Shown here piece after piece: positions 1 to 12,512 of a stretch of DNA of 64,000 nucleotides. The notes under the pieces are model-generated. The model did not search any database. It was not told the DNA's origin and was given only the letters and a program-made list of their open reading frames with translations. The stretch is taken from NCBI RefSeq assembly GCF_006345805.1, contig NC_042999.1:109306001-109370000 (forward strand), read 5' to 3'. The stretch's first letter is position 1. Every line of letters begins with the position of its first letter. The position numbers and the translations under genes are program-made. Origin of the DNA: Octopus sinensis (taxonomy: Eukaryota).

Positions 1-31
1 ATTCTTTTCTTTTCAATTGAGTTTATATGAT

Positions 32-42
32 TAATAATAATA

Positions 43-80
<38 letters not shown>
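32..80 (+). repeat. (AAT)n microsatellite
   Basis: Near-perfect AAT run seen directly. Confidence 0.95.
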
Positions 81-345
81 GTGGAATCTAAAAACAGAAA
101 CAATTCCTATCATAGTAGGTGCATTAAAAATATTCAGACAAATACATAACAAAAACATCAGGACTTACAAACACATATAACATACAGAAAATTGCATTAC
201 TAGGCACTGCACACATCCTATGCAGAACACTTTCAATACAGTAACCATCAGAGCATCACAACAAATCACAGCACATACCCAAGGCACACAGAGCTGCCCT
301 CGGTAGTGAAGTGAAAGCTCGTTATAAAAATAAAACTACTGATTG
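81..345 (+). mobile_element. 5'-truncated R4/Dong-clade non-LTR retrotransposon 3' end (RLE C-terminus plus 3' UTR)
   Basis: 82-126 reads WNLKTETIPIIVGAL. After a frameshift, 128-244 reads KYSDKYITKTSGLTNTYNIQKIALLGTAHILCRTLSIQ*, the IPIxxGALG...QKxALLGTAHIL terminus of R4/Dong elements. AAT repeats flank both sides. Confidence 0.8.
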
Positions 346-371
346 ATAATAATAATGATAATAATAATAAT

Positions 372-530
372 TTCAAACTTTGGTACAAGGAAAACAAGTT
401 TGGAAGAGGGGGTAAGTCGATTACATCGACTCCAGTGCTCAACTGGTACTTATTTTATTGATCCTGAAAGCATGAAAGGTAAAGTCAACCTTGACAGAAG
501 TTGAATTCAGAATATAAAGACCAATGAAAT
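372..530 (-). mobile_element. tRNA-derived SINE, family B
   Basis: Reverse complement matches the recurring unit GTTCTGAGTTCAAAT...GCCTTTCATCCTTTCGGGGTCGATAAAATAAGTACCAGT...GCCTTGTGCCAAAATTTGAAA found many times in this window. Confidence 0.8.
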
Positions 531-1435
531 AGGTAAACCAGACAGAAAAGCACAGAAAGCCATTTGTTAGCAACACTCACTGAATTGAGTACTGGACCTG
601 CCATGCCCTTTGTCAATCAGACAATGCTACCAGTGGAGGTTCCACTTTGGTGTTCTATAGAGGGTTAGTGTGAGGTAAGAACAATGACATTCTTGAGAAG
701 ACCATGAGCATCAACAAAAATCAACTGTCTGATCTGTTTCAAAAGACTTTTGGATTAGATCTCATTGATCATTTCCAGAAATCCCCGGTCTGGCATTGCT
801 ATCGCCAGTGTGTGTGTGTGAACATTGTTTGTGTGGGATAAACTCTAAGGCACAGACAGAGTACTACTCTTAGGTCAGCCTCAGATGTGTACAAAGAAAG
901 AAAGCTTGTTTTGCTTGCGCTTTTCCAGTATCTTAGCATTTCTAACTTGTAGAATTATGCCAAACACTTGCTATTGGGTGTGGGGGATAGATCCAGCTAT
1001 CAGCTGAATCCATTAGGAAGATCATCCTGCCACCTTCCTTTGACCAAAATGGGTAGACAGTCTTCATCTGTCTGGTGACTTCAGTGCAAGATGTTATGTG
1101 AGGGGACAAGACTGAAGAGCTAAAAACAGACACCTTCTTTGGCCAAGGCCTCATCAGCTTTTGAAGTTTGGGTGCAAAGTAAAGTGCTGCTTCACAGCAA
1201 ATTTGTTGAAAGGTGGAAGAGAATAGCAAAGATCTGAGTGAATGGGGTTTGCTCCAAGTATATTGAGGAAGGAGGATAGGGAGAGAACACTTACCCTAGT
1301 GGTAAAGGAGATCATGGTTTTGTGGGATTTGCACATGCAACCTTCAGAAGTTTTCCCCTATTGTAGAATTATTTCTTGTTTGCATGTTTTGTTTTTGTTA
1401 ACCCCACACTGTAATGCCCTGTACTATTTTAAACA
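531..1435 (+). mobile_element. Degenerate L1/Tx1-like LINE ORF2 C-terminal remnant
   Basis: Broken frames read STLVFYRGLV*GKNNDILEKTMSINKNQLSDLFQKTFG (from 641), DHFQKSPVWHCYR, LKTDTFFGQGLISF and SKFVERW. These resemble the zf-RVT/C-terminal region of Tx1-like LINEs; the match is recalled, not searched. Confidence 0.5.
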
Positions 1436-1481
1436 TTTTTTTCTTGTATCCCTAGTGGTTACTGAAAAAACATTATTATCA

Positions 1482-1563
1482 TTAAAATTATTATCATTAA
1501 AATTATTTCTGTTATTATTAATATTATTATTATTATTACTATTATTATTATTATTATTATTTA
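1482..1563 (+). repeat. (ATT)n microsatellite, the 3' tail of the adjacent minus-strand R4/Dong element
   Basis: ATT run abutting the element's 3' UTR. Confidence 0.9.
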
Positions 1564-1565
1564 CT

Positions 1566-2200
1566 TTTAATCTGCATGTTCGTTGCAATAACTTCGAGAC
1601 ACACCCAACATCTTAGGGTGAGTGAAGGATAGGAGATGGTAAAGTATGACTGAAATCTTGGGGAGGGGAAATGGCAGGAGCAGTAATGAAATAGCTTCAA
1701 GTAATATGACATAGATATTTTAATTTGATAGGGTTTTTCTAAGGATGTGAGCAGTATGTGTCAGCAGAATGATTTGGATTTCTCTGAGATATGGTTCTCC
1801 TAGAATGTTATCTAGATGTTTCTGACATCTCCTTTTTTATCATACCTAGGGCACCTATGATAACAAGAGCAGTTATCACTTTAAGATGTCACATCTTTTG
1901 TATTTCAATTTCCAGGTCCTTATATTTACTTAATTTGTCAAATTCCTTTACAGATATATTTTTATCAGTGGGAACACTTACATCTATTAGTCTACAAATA
2001 TTTTCCCCTGTTCTTAATGACTATGCCTAGTCGATTATCCTGGGTCATTCTGTCGGTGTTAACTAGAAAATCCCAGAGGATAGTAATGTTTTTACCTTCA
2101 AGGACTGGCTTGGGATGATGTTCATACCAGTAAGCAGGAGTGCTGATTTTGTAGTGTTTACATATTTTCCAATGTAAATACTGTCCAGCCCTATTGTGGC
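1566..2200 (-). mobile_element. R4/Dong-clade non-LTR retrotransposon 3' fragment (RLE endonuclease)
   Basis: Minus strand reads HNRAGQYLHWKICKHYKISTPAYWYEHHPKPVLEGKNITILWDF...DNRLGIVIKNR / ENICRLIDVSVPTDKNISVKEFDKLSKYKDLEIEIQKM*HLK...IIGALGMIKK / THTAHILRKTLSN*, then an (AAT)n tail. This is a decayed PD-(D/E)xK restriction-like endonuclease domain. Confidence 0.88.
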
Positions 2201-3689
2201 ATTTTCCTCCTCCTCCTCCTCCTCAATATAATATTCTCCTTGTAGCATTGATTGGGCTCAATCTAAAGTTGATCTCTCACTGGATGATATATGAATGTTT
2301 ATATGGTTTAAATTGATATTATAAACAGAACATATTTAACAGCTAAGATGTACTATTGTAGTTGGTAAAATTGCTATTATGGATATACTATAGATTTCTC
2401 TGTATAAACATCTTACTATTTTTTTTCCTTTTTAGCTCTATTATATTTAATGTGTTTTTTAACTGGAAATAAATCAATAAAATATGCAATTAACAAAAGT
2501 TCTTTTTGATTTGTTTCACTACAAAATGAATATAAAAATTTCATATTTTATTCCAGTTGTAAAAGTTATGGTCTTCTTATGGGATTGATAAACTTGAAGA
2601 TCTTATCAGTTTTTCCAATTATTTATGTTATTCTTACTAAGTAATTCAATTGTTCATCTCAACCTATTCGGTAAAATAAAAAGCAATATGATTTCATCCA
2701 AGAGTTCAATTTCTGTTAGGCTCTTCATAATAAATCAATAAGGGTTGACTGAGCTGGTACTTTTATTTTCTGCCACCCCTCTCTCATTTGGCTGATCTTT
2801 AAATAAATCAAAATATTGGGCTTCATCCAAATTCTAATAAAAGTTTTATAGAGCTGGCATAATGAATCAATAAAAAATAAATATTTCAGAGCAAACCAAT
2901 TTGTTTATTACATTCTAAAAGCATTCTTGCTAAATAAAGTAAAAAAGAAAATAAATTGATTTAACTTTTTCAAATATATCTTTCATTTTCTTTCCTTTTT
3001 AAATGCAATATGTTTAGAAAATGGGATAGGTTTACAAACTCATTGCAGTCTATGAGTGAAGTCTGTGAGTAAATTACTAAATTTAATGCATCATTCATTG
3101 TTGTACTGAATCACAGCTTAGTCAATAATTTATTCTTTAGGATGAGATTCTTAGGAGACACCAACATTAACTTAGATCAACACTAAATATGATTATGGTT
3201 TAAAATGACAAAGTAGTGCAATGCTGGTAGGTATCATTTATTCCTTGGTCAATCCTGACATTCAGACAGGGCTTACCTGGAAATAAACAATCAACAAATT
3301 AATCTTCCTCATTTTAAGCTATAGCTATCAGTTGTGCTGACCCTGCTGAAGAGGCTTCAGTCTTAAATCTGAAACCGTCGACAGTATAGTCATGCTATGA
3401 CTGCCACTTTCAGCCGTTTACAGTCACTATCAGTATGTATGTATACAATTATGTGCATTGACTGTAGTATCAGTGCACTTTAGCTCTTATTTCTAGCACT
3501 GTAGGTTTTCTAACACCCTCTGTCATATTTCATGACAATTATAGTTTTCCTTTTTGCTAAACTGCTGCCTAACTTAATTATATATATATTTTATATTATA
3601 CAATATCAGTGTTATTTTATATTACCCAAACAGTTCTGTGCAAACAGAGACAATGCTTACTTCTTTTCTAAAATACCTATATTCATTTT

Positions 3690-3795
3690 CTGGGTAGAAT
3701 TGTTGAGTAACAAAAAAAAAAGTTGTTGCAGCCTTTTATGCTTTGGGTTTAAATCTTGCTGAGGTTAACTTTGCCTTTCATCCTTCTGGGGTTAA
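3690..3795 (+). mobile_element. SINE family B fragment
   Basis: TTTAAATCTTGCTGAGGTTAACTTTGCCTTTCATCCTTCTGGGGTTAAT. Confidence 0.6.
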
Positions 3796-4242
3796 TCAGA
3801 TAAAAAAATTATCAGAAAAGTACTGAGATTGATTTCATATTCATATACATTATATTAGATGCAAAGGGAATTATAATACAAGACATCTTCATATATTTAT
3901 ATTTCCAATGAAGAAGAATTAATCATCTGGTGATTTTTTGTTATTTTGAAAAATTAATATTTTATCTATATTACAAATTAAAATTTATTAATATTGACAA
4001 TCATATAAAAACTCTAAAGCATTTAAAAATAAAATTCATATCTTACCACATGAATTTTATTATTTCCATCACACTTTTTTTGTTTTGCTTGACATATTCT
4101 CCTGAAATTTTAAACATTTTCAAGCTTTTAAAGTACTATTTTTAAATTCGTTTCCATGAATTCAAATATCTTCTACTATTTTATATCTATCACATATCAT
4201 TCTTCTGCTCTCTCTTTATCTCACTTTCTCTGCCTAACTCTG

Positions 4243-4277
<35 letters not shown>

Positions 4278-5562
4278 CTTACACACATACACAGACACAT
4301 GCATTTCCATGTGTAATTTTAATACGTGTCTAAAATTTAAAAACTACGAATTTGTTTGGTTGTCGTTTTAGGTATGTTTAATATTTATACATGCTATTAT
4401 AATTGAACTGCTACTATTTTCAGTTGATAAATATTCGTAAAACCCATTTCATATTTCCAATCTCATTGTAATTTCATTTCGAAATGAATCTATCGGATTT
4501 TAAAATCGAAAATAGGCTTAAATTTTGCTTGATCCTAATTCAGAAAACTTTTTCCAGGCTTTCCTAAACCACTTGACAATTACTGACATATTTAAAAATA
4601 TTATTAAATTATAAATATTATTACTATTATTATTTTCCAAGTAGCTAATTCATGGAATTGATTTCTGAAACAGATTTATTTTGCTGTTAAAGAACAATAT
4701 TTATTTCACGGTTCCAGTTTAGTGCAACATTTTAAACATTTTGGCAATATAGCTTTTTATTTCTTATTTTATTTACTTAACTCAGATTGATAGGAAACTT
4801 TAGTACAATAAGTTTAAATGTGTCTGCTTTGAGTAAGGCATAGTTCAATATTTATTTCCATAAGATTATTGTTAACCATTTCCAATAACCTTAAAACTGC
4901 ATGGAGATCTTTCTTAATCAGCTTCAATAATAAAACTTGAAAATTAAAATCACTTTATATCTGTATACTACTCCTTTTCATCTTTGTATCATGATGATAA
5001 TGATATTAATCACACTATGTATTGTTTTTTTGATAAGTAGTTGATTATGTTTTTAACATTTCCTTTGATAATTTGACTTTGGAAAAATTTTCTTTTTATA
5101 TCAAGAATCTGCTTTAGTCATTTGGCCATATTATATCCATACACACACACAAAAAAGAATACCCCCCAAAAAACCCCAACAAAGTACATGTGAATATCGT
5201 CTCCTTATGCACTCAGTGATGTTTGAGTAGTTCACTATTTTCTACCATTTTTGCTAGTCAGTCAAAAACCTGTATTCTGCCAGTCATTTCATCTAACCAA
5301 CATCAGAAGAATCTTTTTTTTTTGCATATTCGGATGAAGGAAGCTGTTCTTGCTCTTTATTCATACAAAATTCATCACAAAGTGGGAATGGTCTTCCCAC
5401 TCTTTGTATCTGGTTATCCATGTTAATTTAACTTGTTTCAAACTCTGTAGCATTTTCTGTTCATATGACATGTACAGCACAAAGAGAAATTTAATTTCCA
5501 AATATATGTGTATCCTTTTTCTACAATGCATGAATTGCACTATTGACTGTTAACAGACATAT

Positions 5563-5955
5563 CTCTTTTACTTGTTTCAGTCATTTAACTGCAGCCATGC
5601 TGGAGCACCACCTTTAGTCGAGCTAATTGACTCCAGGACTTATTCTTTGTAAGCCTAGTACTTATTCTATCGGTCTCTTTTGCTGAACCACTGAGTTACA
5701 GAGATGTAAACACACCAGCATTGGCTGTCAAGCGATGTTGGGGGGACAAACACAGACACACAAACACAGACACACATATATATACATATATACGACAGGC
5801 TTCTTTTAGTTTCTGTCTACCAAATTCACTCACAAGACTTTGGTCAGCCCAAGGCTATAGTAGAAGACACTTGCCCAAGGTGCCTCGCTGTGGAACTGAA
5901 CCCGGAACCATGTGGTTGGTAAGCAAGCTACTTACCACACAACCACTCCTGCACC
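5563..5955 (-). mobile_element. tRNA-derived SINE, family A (about 400 bp, internal (TA/TG)n)
   Basis: Minus strand has A-box-like TGGTTGTGTGG, B-box-like GGTTCAGTTCC and CORE-like ACCTTGGGCAAG, ending GCTCCAGCATGG...GACTGAAACAAGTAAAAGAG; more than 10 copies in the window. Confidence 0.9.
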
Positions 5956-6104
5956 TATATGGTTTTATAAAATAAAATTAATACTTGTTCTTTTGATTTT
6001 CAATCAGGTTTTTCTCTCTCTTTATCTGCTTCTAATTATTTTATCTATATCTCTACTTAACAGTCTCCAAGTATATATATCTTTGAGAAGACACCACAGT
6101 TATA

Positions 6105-8078
6105 TAGGTGACACTTTAGATACAAATAATTAGAGAGGTATCAAGCTGTTGGATCAGGTAATAAAAGTCACGGAGAGGGTTGTAGCCCAACTAATTAGGG
6201 AGAGGGTCAGTCTAGATGAGATGCAGTTTGGGTTTGTGCTAGGGAAAAGCACCACTGATGCTATATTTCTGGTAAGACAGCTGCAGGAGAAATACCTAGC
6301 CAAAGATAAACCCCTGTACCTGGCTTTCATTGACATGGAGAAAGCCTTCGACAAGATCCCCTGATCCCTTATCTAGTGGTCAATGAGGAAACTAGGGATA
6401 GATGAATTGTTAGTAAGTGCTGTGCAAGCCATGTACAGGGACGCTGTCAGTAAGGTGAGGGTTGGCAACTAGTACAGTGAAGAATTCCAGGTAGAGATAG
6501 GGGTCCACCAAGGTTCAGTCCTCTGCCCCCACCTATTTATCATAGTCCTCCAGACAATAACAGAGTAATTCAAGACAGGATGCCCCTGGGAACCCCTCTA
6601 TGCTGATGACCTTGCTCTTATTGCTGAGTCACTATCAGAACTAGAGGAAAAGTTTCTGGTATGGAAGCAAGGATTAGAATTGAAGGGCCTTAGAGTCAAC
6701 CTAGCTAAAACCAAAGTCCTAATAAGTAGGAAGGCAGGCAAACCACAAATCCCTTCAGGTAGATGGTCCTTCTTAATCTGTAGAAAAGGCATAGGTAGAA
6801 ACTCTATAAGATGTACCCAGTGTAAGTTATGGACAAATAAGAGGTGCAGCAATATCAAAGGAAGGCTAACTGGAAGATAGTTTTTGTATGTGGCAGATGC
6901 TCAGGAGCAATAAACACTGGAAATGTGCAGAGAACAACTTCTATCACATTCCAGGGAGAAAATCTAGAAGTAGTTGACAACTTCCATTAGCTAGGTGACC
7001 AAGTTAGTAGCGGGGGTGGATGCTCTGAAAGTGTAGCTGGTAGAATAAGAATAGCCTGGGTAAAGTTCAGAGAGCTCCTACCTCTGCTGGTGACAAAGGG
7101 CCTCTTGCTCAGAGTAAAAGGTAGACTGTATGTGGCATGTGTATGAACAGCCATGCTACATGACAGTGAAACATGGGTGGTGACTGCTGAGAATATGCAT
7201 AAACTTGCAAGAAGTGAAGCCAGTATGCTCCGATGGATGTGTAATGTCAGTGTGCATATGCGACAGATTGTAAACACCTTGAGAGAAAAGTTGGACATAA
7301 GAAGCATCAGATGTGGTGTGCAAGATAGACGACTGCACTGGTATGCATATGTGGTGTGAATGGATGAGAACAGCTGTGTGAAAAAGTGTCACAACCTAGT
7401 ATTTGAGGGAACCTGTGGAAGAGGTAGACCCAGGAAAACCTGGTATGAGGTGGTGAAGCACGACCTTCAAACATTGGGCCTCACCAGGTCAATGACTAGG
7501 GACCAACACCTTTGAAAATATGCTGTGCTTGAGAAGACCCGGCAAGCCAAATGAGACCATAACCTGTGGCCTATGCCAACAGTGTAACCAGCCTACTTAT
7601 GCGTTGCTTGTGAAGACCTGTTGAGGCAAGTGAAATCACAATCAAAATCAAATTCTCTGAAGTGGCTTATTACAGCACTGCCTGACTGGAACCCGTGCCA
7701 CTGGAACGTTAAAAGCACCATCCAAGCACCATTCGAGTGTGATCTTTATCAGCGTTGCCTCACTGGCACTTGTGCCAGTGGCACATGAAAAACAACATTC
7801 AAGTGATGTTGTTGTCAGTGCCGTTGGACTGGCTCCTGTGCAGTTGGCACATAAAATACACCATTTGAGTGTGACTGTCACCAGTACCGCTTGAATGGCC
7901 CTTGTGCCGGGGGCACGTAAAAGCACCCACTACACTCTTGGAGTGGTTGGTGTTAAGAAGGGCATCCAGCTGTAGAAACTCTGCCAGATCAGATTGGAGC
8001 CTGATGCAGCCATCTGGCTTGCCATTCCTCAGTCAAACCCATGCCAGCATGGAAAGCGATGATGATGATTATGATGAT
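6105..8078 (+). mobile_element. 5'-truncated RTE LINE (RT domain, 3' UTR, (GAT)n tail), inactivated
   Basis: DQVIKVTERVVAQLIRERVSLDEMQFGF...DMEKAFD, QGSVL, YADD and GLRVNLAKT; colinear with the 39.7-43.3 kb copy; multiple stops and frameshifts. Confidence 0.95.
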
Positions 8079-8079
8079 G

Positions 8080-8182
8080 AAAGGATGACAGGCAAAGTCG
8101 ACCTCAGTGGAATTTGAACTCGAATGTAGCAGCAGACAAAATATCACTAAGCATTTTGCCTGGTGTGCTAACAATTCTGCCA
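8080..8182 (-). mobile_element. SINE family B 5' fragment
   Basis: AAAGGATGACAGGCAAAGTCGACCTCAGTGGAATTTGAACTC; B box GAGTTCAAATTCC on the minus strand. Confidence 0.75.
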
Positions 8183-10088
8183 AACCAAAATAATAATTAC
8201 ATTCTGTGTAATTTCAAACATATCTTAGTATACTGGATCTGTAGATTGTCTTCGTATGTTTGATGGTCCACTTTTTCTGACATTATTAAGTTAAATCTGA
8301 GTTAATAGAAGCTACCCAATAAATTATACTCTATCCACAGTTCTACATTTTTTTAGTTTTTGTTTTTAAATCATTAGCTCTGTCAAAATCCAAACAATAA
8401 CGTTGAAAAGTATTTATCAATTTGTTTCTTGATATTGTACATGACGTTTAGTGACAGTAACTATCTTTCTTCTCTAAAACTAGATTTATGGAAATATTCC
8501 CTCCTATTTAATAATATAGACAATGCTTACTAACTATTATACTTTTCTCATTCTTCTGATCTTCGAAATTATTGTATAGGATATATGATTCAATCTTTAT
8601 ATTAATAAGAGTTTTTTTACTTCGTTTATTCTTATTCATAATTGGAAGAGATGATTCATAGTATCAGACTATATAACTGTGGTGCCTTCTCAAAGATATA
8701 TGTAGTTGGGGACTGTTAAGTAGAGATATAGATAAAATAATTAGAAGTAGATAAAGAGAAAGAGAGAAAAACCTGATTGAAAATCAAAAGAACAAGTATT
8801 AATTTTATTTTATAAAACCTCTTGATAATTTCATTTACCAAATAAAACATTTGATTGTTATCCAGCCATTTCTATCAGTGCTTGAAAGTCACTTCTGCCA
8901 GTTTATGATGAGTACTTATTCTTATTTTTCATGATAATTCTTACATTTAACTAGAAATTTACTGTAGAAAACCTCCACTAAAGTGTTTAAAATATGCTTG
9001 AGGATATTATTTCCAATGATTCAGTTAGAAAGAAAATGTCACTCTAATCAATCCAAGAGAGAAATAGATTGAATTTTTCCATTTTTAATATCCTTTTATC
9101 AATCAAAATAAACAAAGAAAAATGTAATATCAAACATGTGATTATTTTTTCTTGATATCTTTATTAAAACTTTTTAATATCTTCAACTTATTTTTTCCCC
9201 CCATTAGTTACATAGCCAACTTAACTAGTTTTAATTTTATTATAATGCATTCTTGATTTATGATATAATTATAATATTAAGAAATATGTTAATTAATTTC
9301 AAAAATTGATTGAATGCTAATGAAAGAATTTTCGGAATATGCTTAACATCCTTCCCACTTCCACCTTAGGTGGAAAGGATAATTGCTAGATTTATGGAAA
9401 TATCTAAAATATTATGGTTGTATAAAACAGCAATGGTATTTCATGATTTGAAAATGGTTTAACTTTAGAATTCTATAAATTTTAGATTAAATATTAGATG
9501 CTCATATCATATGCATATTTAAGCTCTTTCTTTGGGGTTCTGAAGTTCTGAAAAATAGATTTGTTGTTAATTTTTAGATATTGAAAGATATAAGATAGGA
9601 AAAATTTCATGATTTATATTTAAGAAACAGCTAAGATTAAATTCTTTTGAGAAGTAAACATTTGCAACATTTGGAGCTGTTATATCCTAAAGTTTCAAAA
9701 GAAATGTGATGAAATAATCATGCTAACTGCAATCAAACCTCAATTTAATGTGTGTTTATATTATCTTATAAGGATTCAATCAAAAGATGAATGACAGCTC
9801 TCATGCGCTTTTTTAAGGGCCTCCAAAACTAATGGTTGATGAGAACTAAAACTTATTGGTTATCTACAGACAGGAGACTCAGTCTAAAAGTTTTGGACAC
9901 TGCAAAATGCACCAAATGGCTAAGTGGTGGTGGTGGTGGTGTTAAAGTGGGTAAGGAATTTAGTCGATCACCAAGAGCAGGAACAATCCTTCTGATAGGC
10001 TTCCATATAGTTTCCATGAATTTAATTTTTCTTACAAGACTTGGGTTAACCTGAAGAAGACACACATGGTTATGTAAAGAGATTAAAC

Positions 10089-10317
10089 CAGTGATTCTCA
10101 GTTGGGAGTCCACATAAGACTTTGTTGTTAAGATGTATATCCAATAAATTGGGTATACTTCTACATTATACAAAATATTTTAACAATGTTTTTTTATATA
10201 ATTCCTAATAATATTTAAATATACAATTTTTATGAACATTGAGTAGTTAGGAGGGTCCATCTGAGTAAAACAGGAATCAGAGGGTCCATAGGCCAAAAAA
10301 ATGGTTAAGAAACACTG
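10089..10317. mobile_element. Non-autonomous hAT-type MITE (229 bp)
   Basis: Termini CAGTGATTCTCA and TAAGAAACACTG (imperfect TIR); perfect 8-bp TSD GATTAAAC at 10081-10088 and 10318-10325. Confidence 0.9.
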
Positions 10318-11019
10318 GATTAAACAAACATTGCAAGGTATTTCCTGGTATATTTGATATTCATTATTCTATGACAAACTGCTCTGCTTTATGTTAATCA
10401 TCTAGCGTGTATCATCCCTAAAATGTTGCCAAGCTGAGAGAATGAATTTCTGCTTCTATCTTTTCACAGAATATTGTATCATTGCCTTTATATGTAGGAA
10501 GTATATATTTCATAAAAAATTAACAAGAACTGATAAAGTCTTTTAGTCATTCTATTCTAAATATACACACTGAAAATGATGCACTAAACTGGTGACAATT
10601 ACAAATTACATTTCATTGATACAAGTTCACATTTTTACATTATTATATTTTCTTCTGTCTTGTTTCAAGATAGATATAAAATTCAAATATTCTCAGAAAC
10701 AAATGCTTTGAAGACAGTTTTCTTTGTATAATTATTAAGTTTTATTTATATATTTTAAGTATTTCACTCACAGTTAATAATCTAATAGCAAATTTCAGCT
10801 AATTATCACATAACATTTTGGGAATAGCATCTCTGAACTCTCTTTTACTAGAATATATTTGTTTTCAATACAAATGATTAAAATTTATTGAATTAATATC
10901 CATTATTAAAAGGCATCTGGTATAATGTTTCTCTAAAGTTTTAGTTTCAATTATGAAAAAATATTTCAAGTAACTTTATTGTTGTTAATTAGCTACTCCT
11001 TCCCATGCATTTTCTTTAG

Positions 11020-11262
11020 CAGCAAATTGGCAGAGTCATTAAAGTATTGAACCACTTCACAGCATTTGTTTGGACTCTTTACATTATGAGTTCAAATTTT
11101 ACCGAGGTTCACTTTGTCTTTCATCCTTAGGAAGCTTTGCAGCATGTCATTGTTTTAGGGTGAACAAAAAAAAGTACCAATCCAAGGCACTGATTTCATG
11201 GAACTTGCAGTATTTGTTCCAACTCTTTACATTCTGAGTTCAAATCCTGCCATGGTCTGCTT
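11020..11262 (+). mobile_element. Two degenerate SINE family B 5' fragments
   Basis: GAGTTCAAAT B-box motif at about 11089 and 11237; the first is followed by GTCTTTCATCC. Confidence 0.55.
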
Positions 11263-11618
11263 GAGTGTTACTTAACCTGTCCCCTGGTTTAACTCTAGCA
11301 CCATGAGTGCCTGTAACAGAGTGCACCCTGTTGCAAGCATTTGGTCCATATTTCCAGTGTGAAAATACATTCCTCCTTGCTATCTTATAGGCTCTGTAAT
11401 GTCTCTCTGTTGACAGCTTTGAGAACATCTTAAAACAACTGATGCCTATGGCCTTCTCTGGCTTCTCCTTCATCCTGATAGCTTCCATCTCGTTACTGCT
11501 GTTAAATATCAATGATCTGACTGCCTCAGCACATTGCCAGCCCATTGCATTCTTCATTCTTTTACCAAATTCTGGATTCTTTGCAATGACTCTCTTATGA
11601 CTTCTTCATTATTGACAT

Positions 11619-12036
11619 GGTGCAGGAGTGGCTGTGTGGCAAGTAGCTTGCTTACCAACCACATGGTTCTGGGTTCATTCCCACTGCGTGGAACCTTGGG
11701 CAAGTGTCTTCTACTATAGCCTCGGGCCGACCAAAGCCTTGTGAGTGGATTTGGTAGACAGAAACTGAAAGAAGTCCATCGTATATATGTATATATATAT
11801 ATATGTGTGTGTGTTTGTATGTTTGTGTGTCTGTGTTTGTACCCCCAACATTGCTTGACAACCAATGGTGGTGTGTTTGCGTCTACGTAACTTAGTGGTT
11901 TGGCAAAAGAGACCGATATAATAAGTACTAGGCTTACAAAGAATAAGTCCTTGGGTCAATTTGCTCGACTAAAGGCGGTGTTCCAGCATGGCCACAGTAA
12001 AATGACTGAAACAAGTTAAAGAGTAAAAGAGAGAGA
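11619..12036 (+). mobile_element. SINE family A, full length
   Basis: Complete head, CORE-like segment, microsatellite and tail, as in the other copies. Confidence 0.92.
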
Positions 12037-12261
12037 GTATTACTGGGGTAAAAATTCCTACAACTTTCTTCAAGCACCTCTGATGAATGAGAGCCAACAT
12101 TTCATGAGATTCACAGCTCTCTTTAATATCTTGCTTGTATTTATAACCATTGGTAGTCCAATGTTATTGTAAAGATAGATCTTGATGTTAGTGATCAGTG
12201 TATTCGTGAACCAGATTTTGTATGTTTGTCATTCAAACTTTCTCTTGTGCAAATTAAATTA

Positions 12262-12512
12262 ACGTGCAAGTGGCATGTAAAAAACACCATTTGAGTGTGG
12301 CGGTTGCCAGTACCTCCTGACTGGTCCTCGTTCCGGTGGCACATAAAAGTACCCACTACACTCTCAGAGTGGTTGGCGTTAGGAATGGCATCCAGCTGTA
12401 GAAACTCTGCCAGATCAGATTGGAGCTTGGTGCAACCATCTGGTTTGCCAGACCTCAGTCAAATCGTCCAACCCATGCTAGCATGGAAAGAGGACATTAA
12501 ACGATGATGATG
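12262..12512 (+). mobile_element. RTE LINE 3' terminal fragment
   Basis: CACCCACTACACTC...GGCATCCAGCTGTAGAAAC...CCCATGCTAGCATGGAAA...ACGATGATGATG, same structure as the end of the long RTE. Confidence 0.88.

Noticed and set aside
3018-3226. Two apparent exons (3018-3064 and from 3141) around a 76-nt GT-AG intron
   Set aside because: Splicing them creates an immediate TGA, and the second segment is closed in all frames.
3262-3295. Minus-strand TTTATTTCCAG|GTAAG recursive-splice-like site (similar plus-strand site at 4371)
   Set aside because: A rough composition estimate gives about one such 8-mer by chance in 64 kb on two strands, and the two sites are on opposite strands.
11290-11600. Possible CR1/Jockey RT fragment (LLLNINDL)
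   Set aside because: A single short motif; QG and YADD are not recoverable.
11619-11700. tRNA gene-like heads with A and B boxes (many copies)
   Set aside because: No complete cloverleaf; each continues into a SINE body, so they are SINE promoters rather than tRNA genes.
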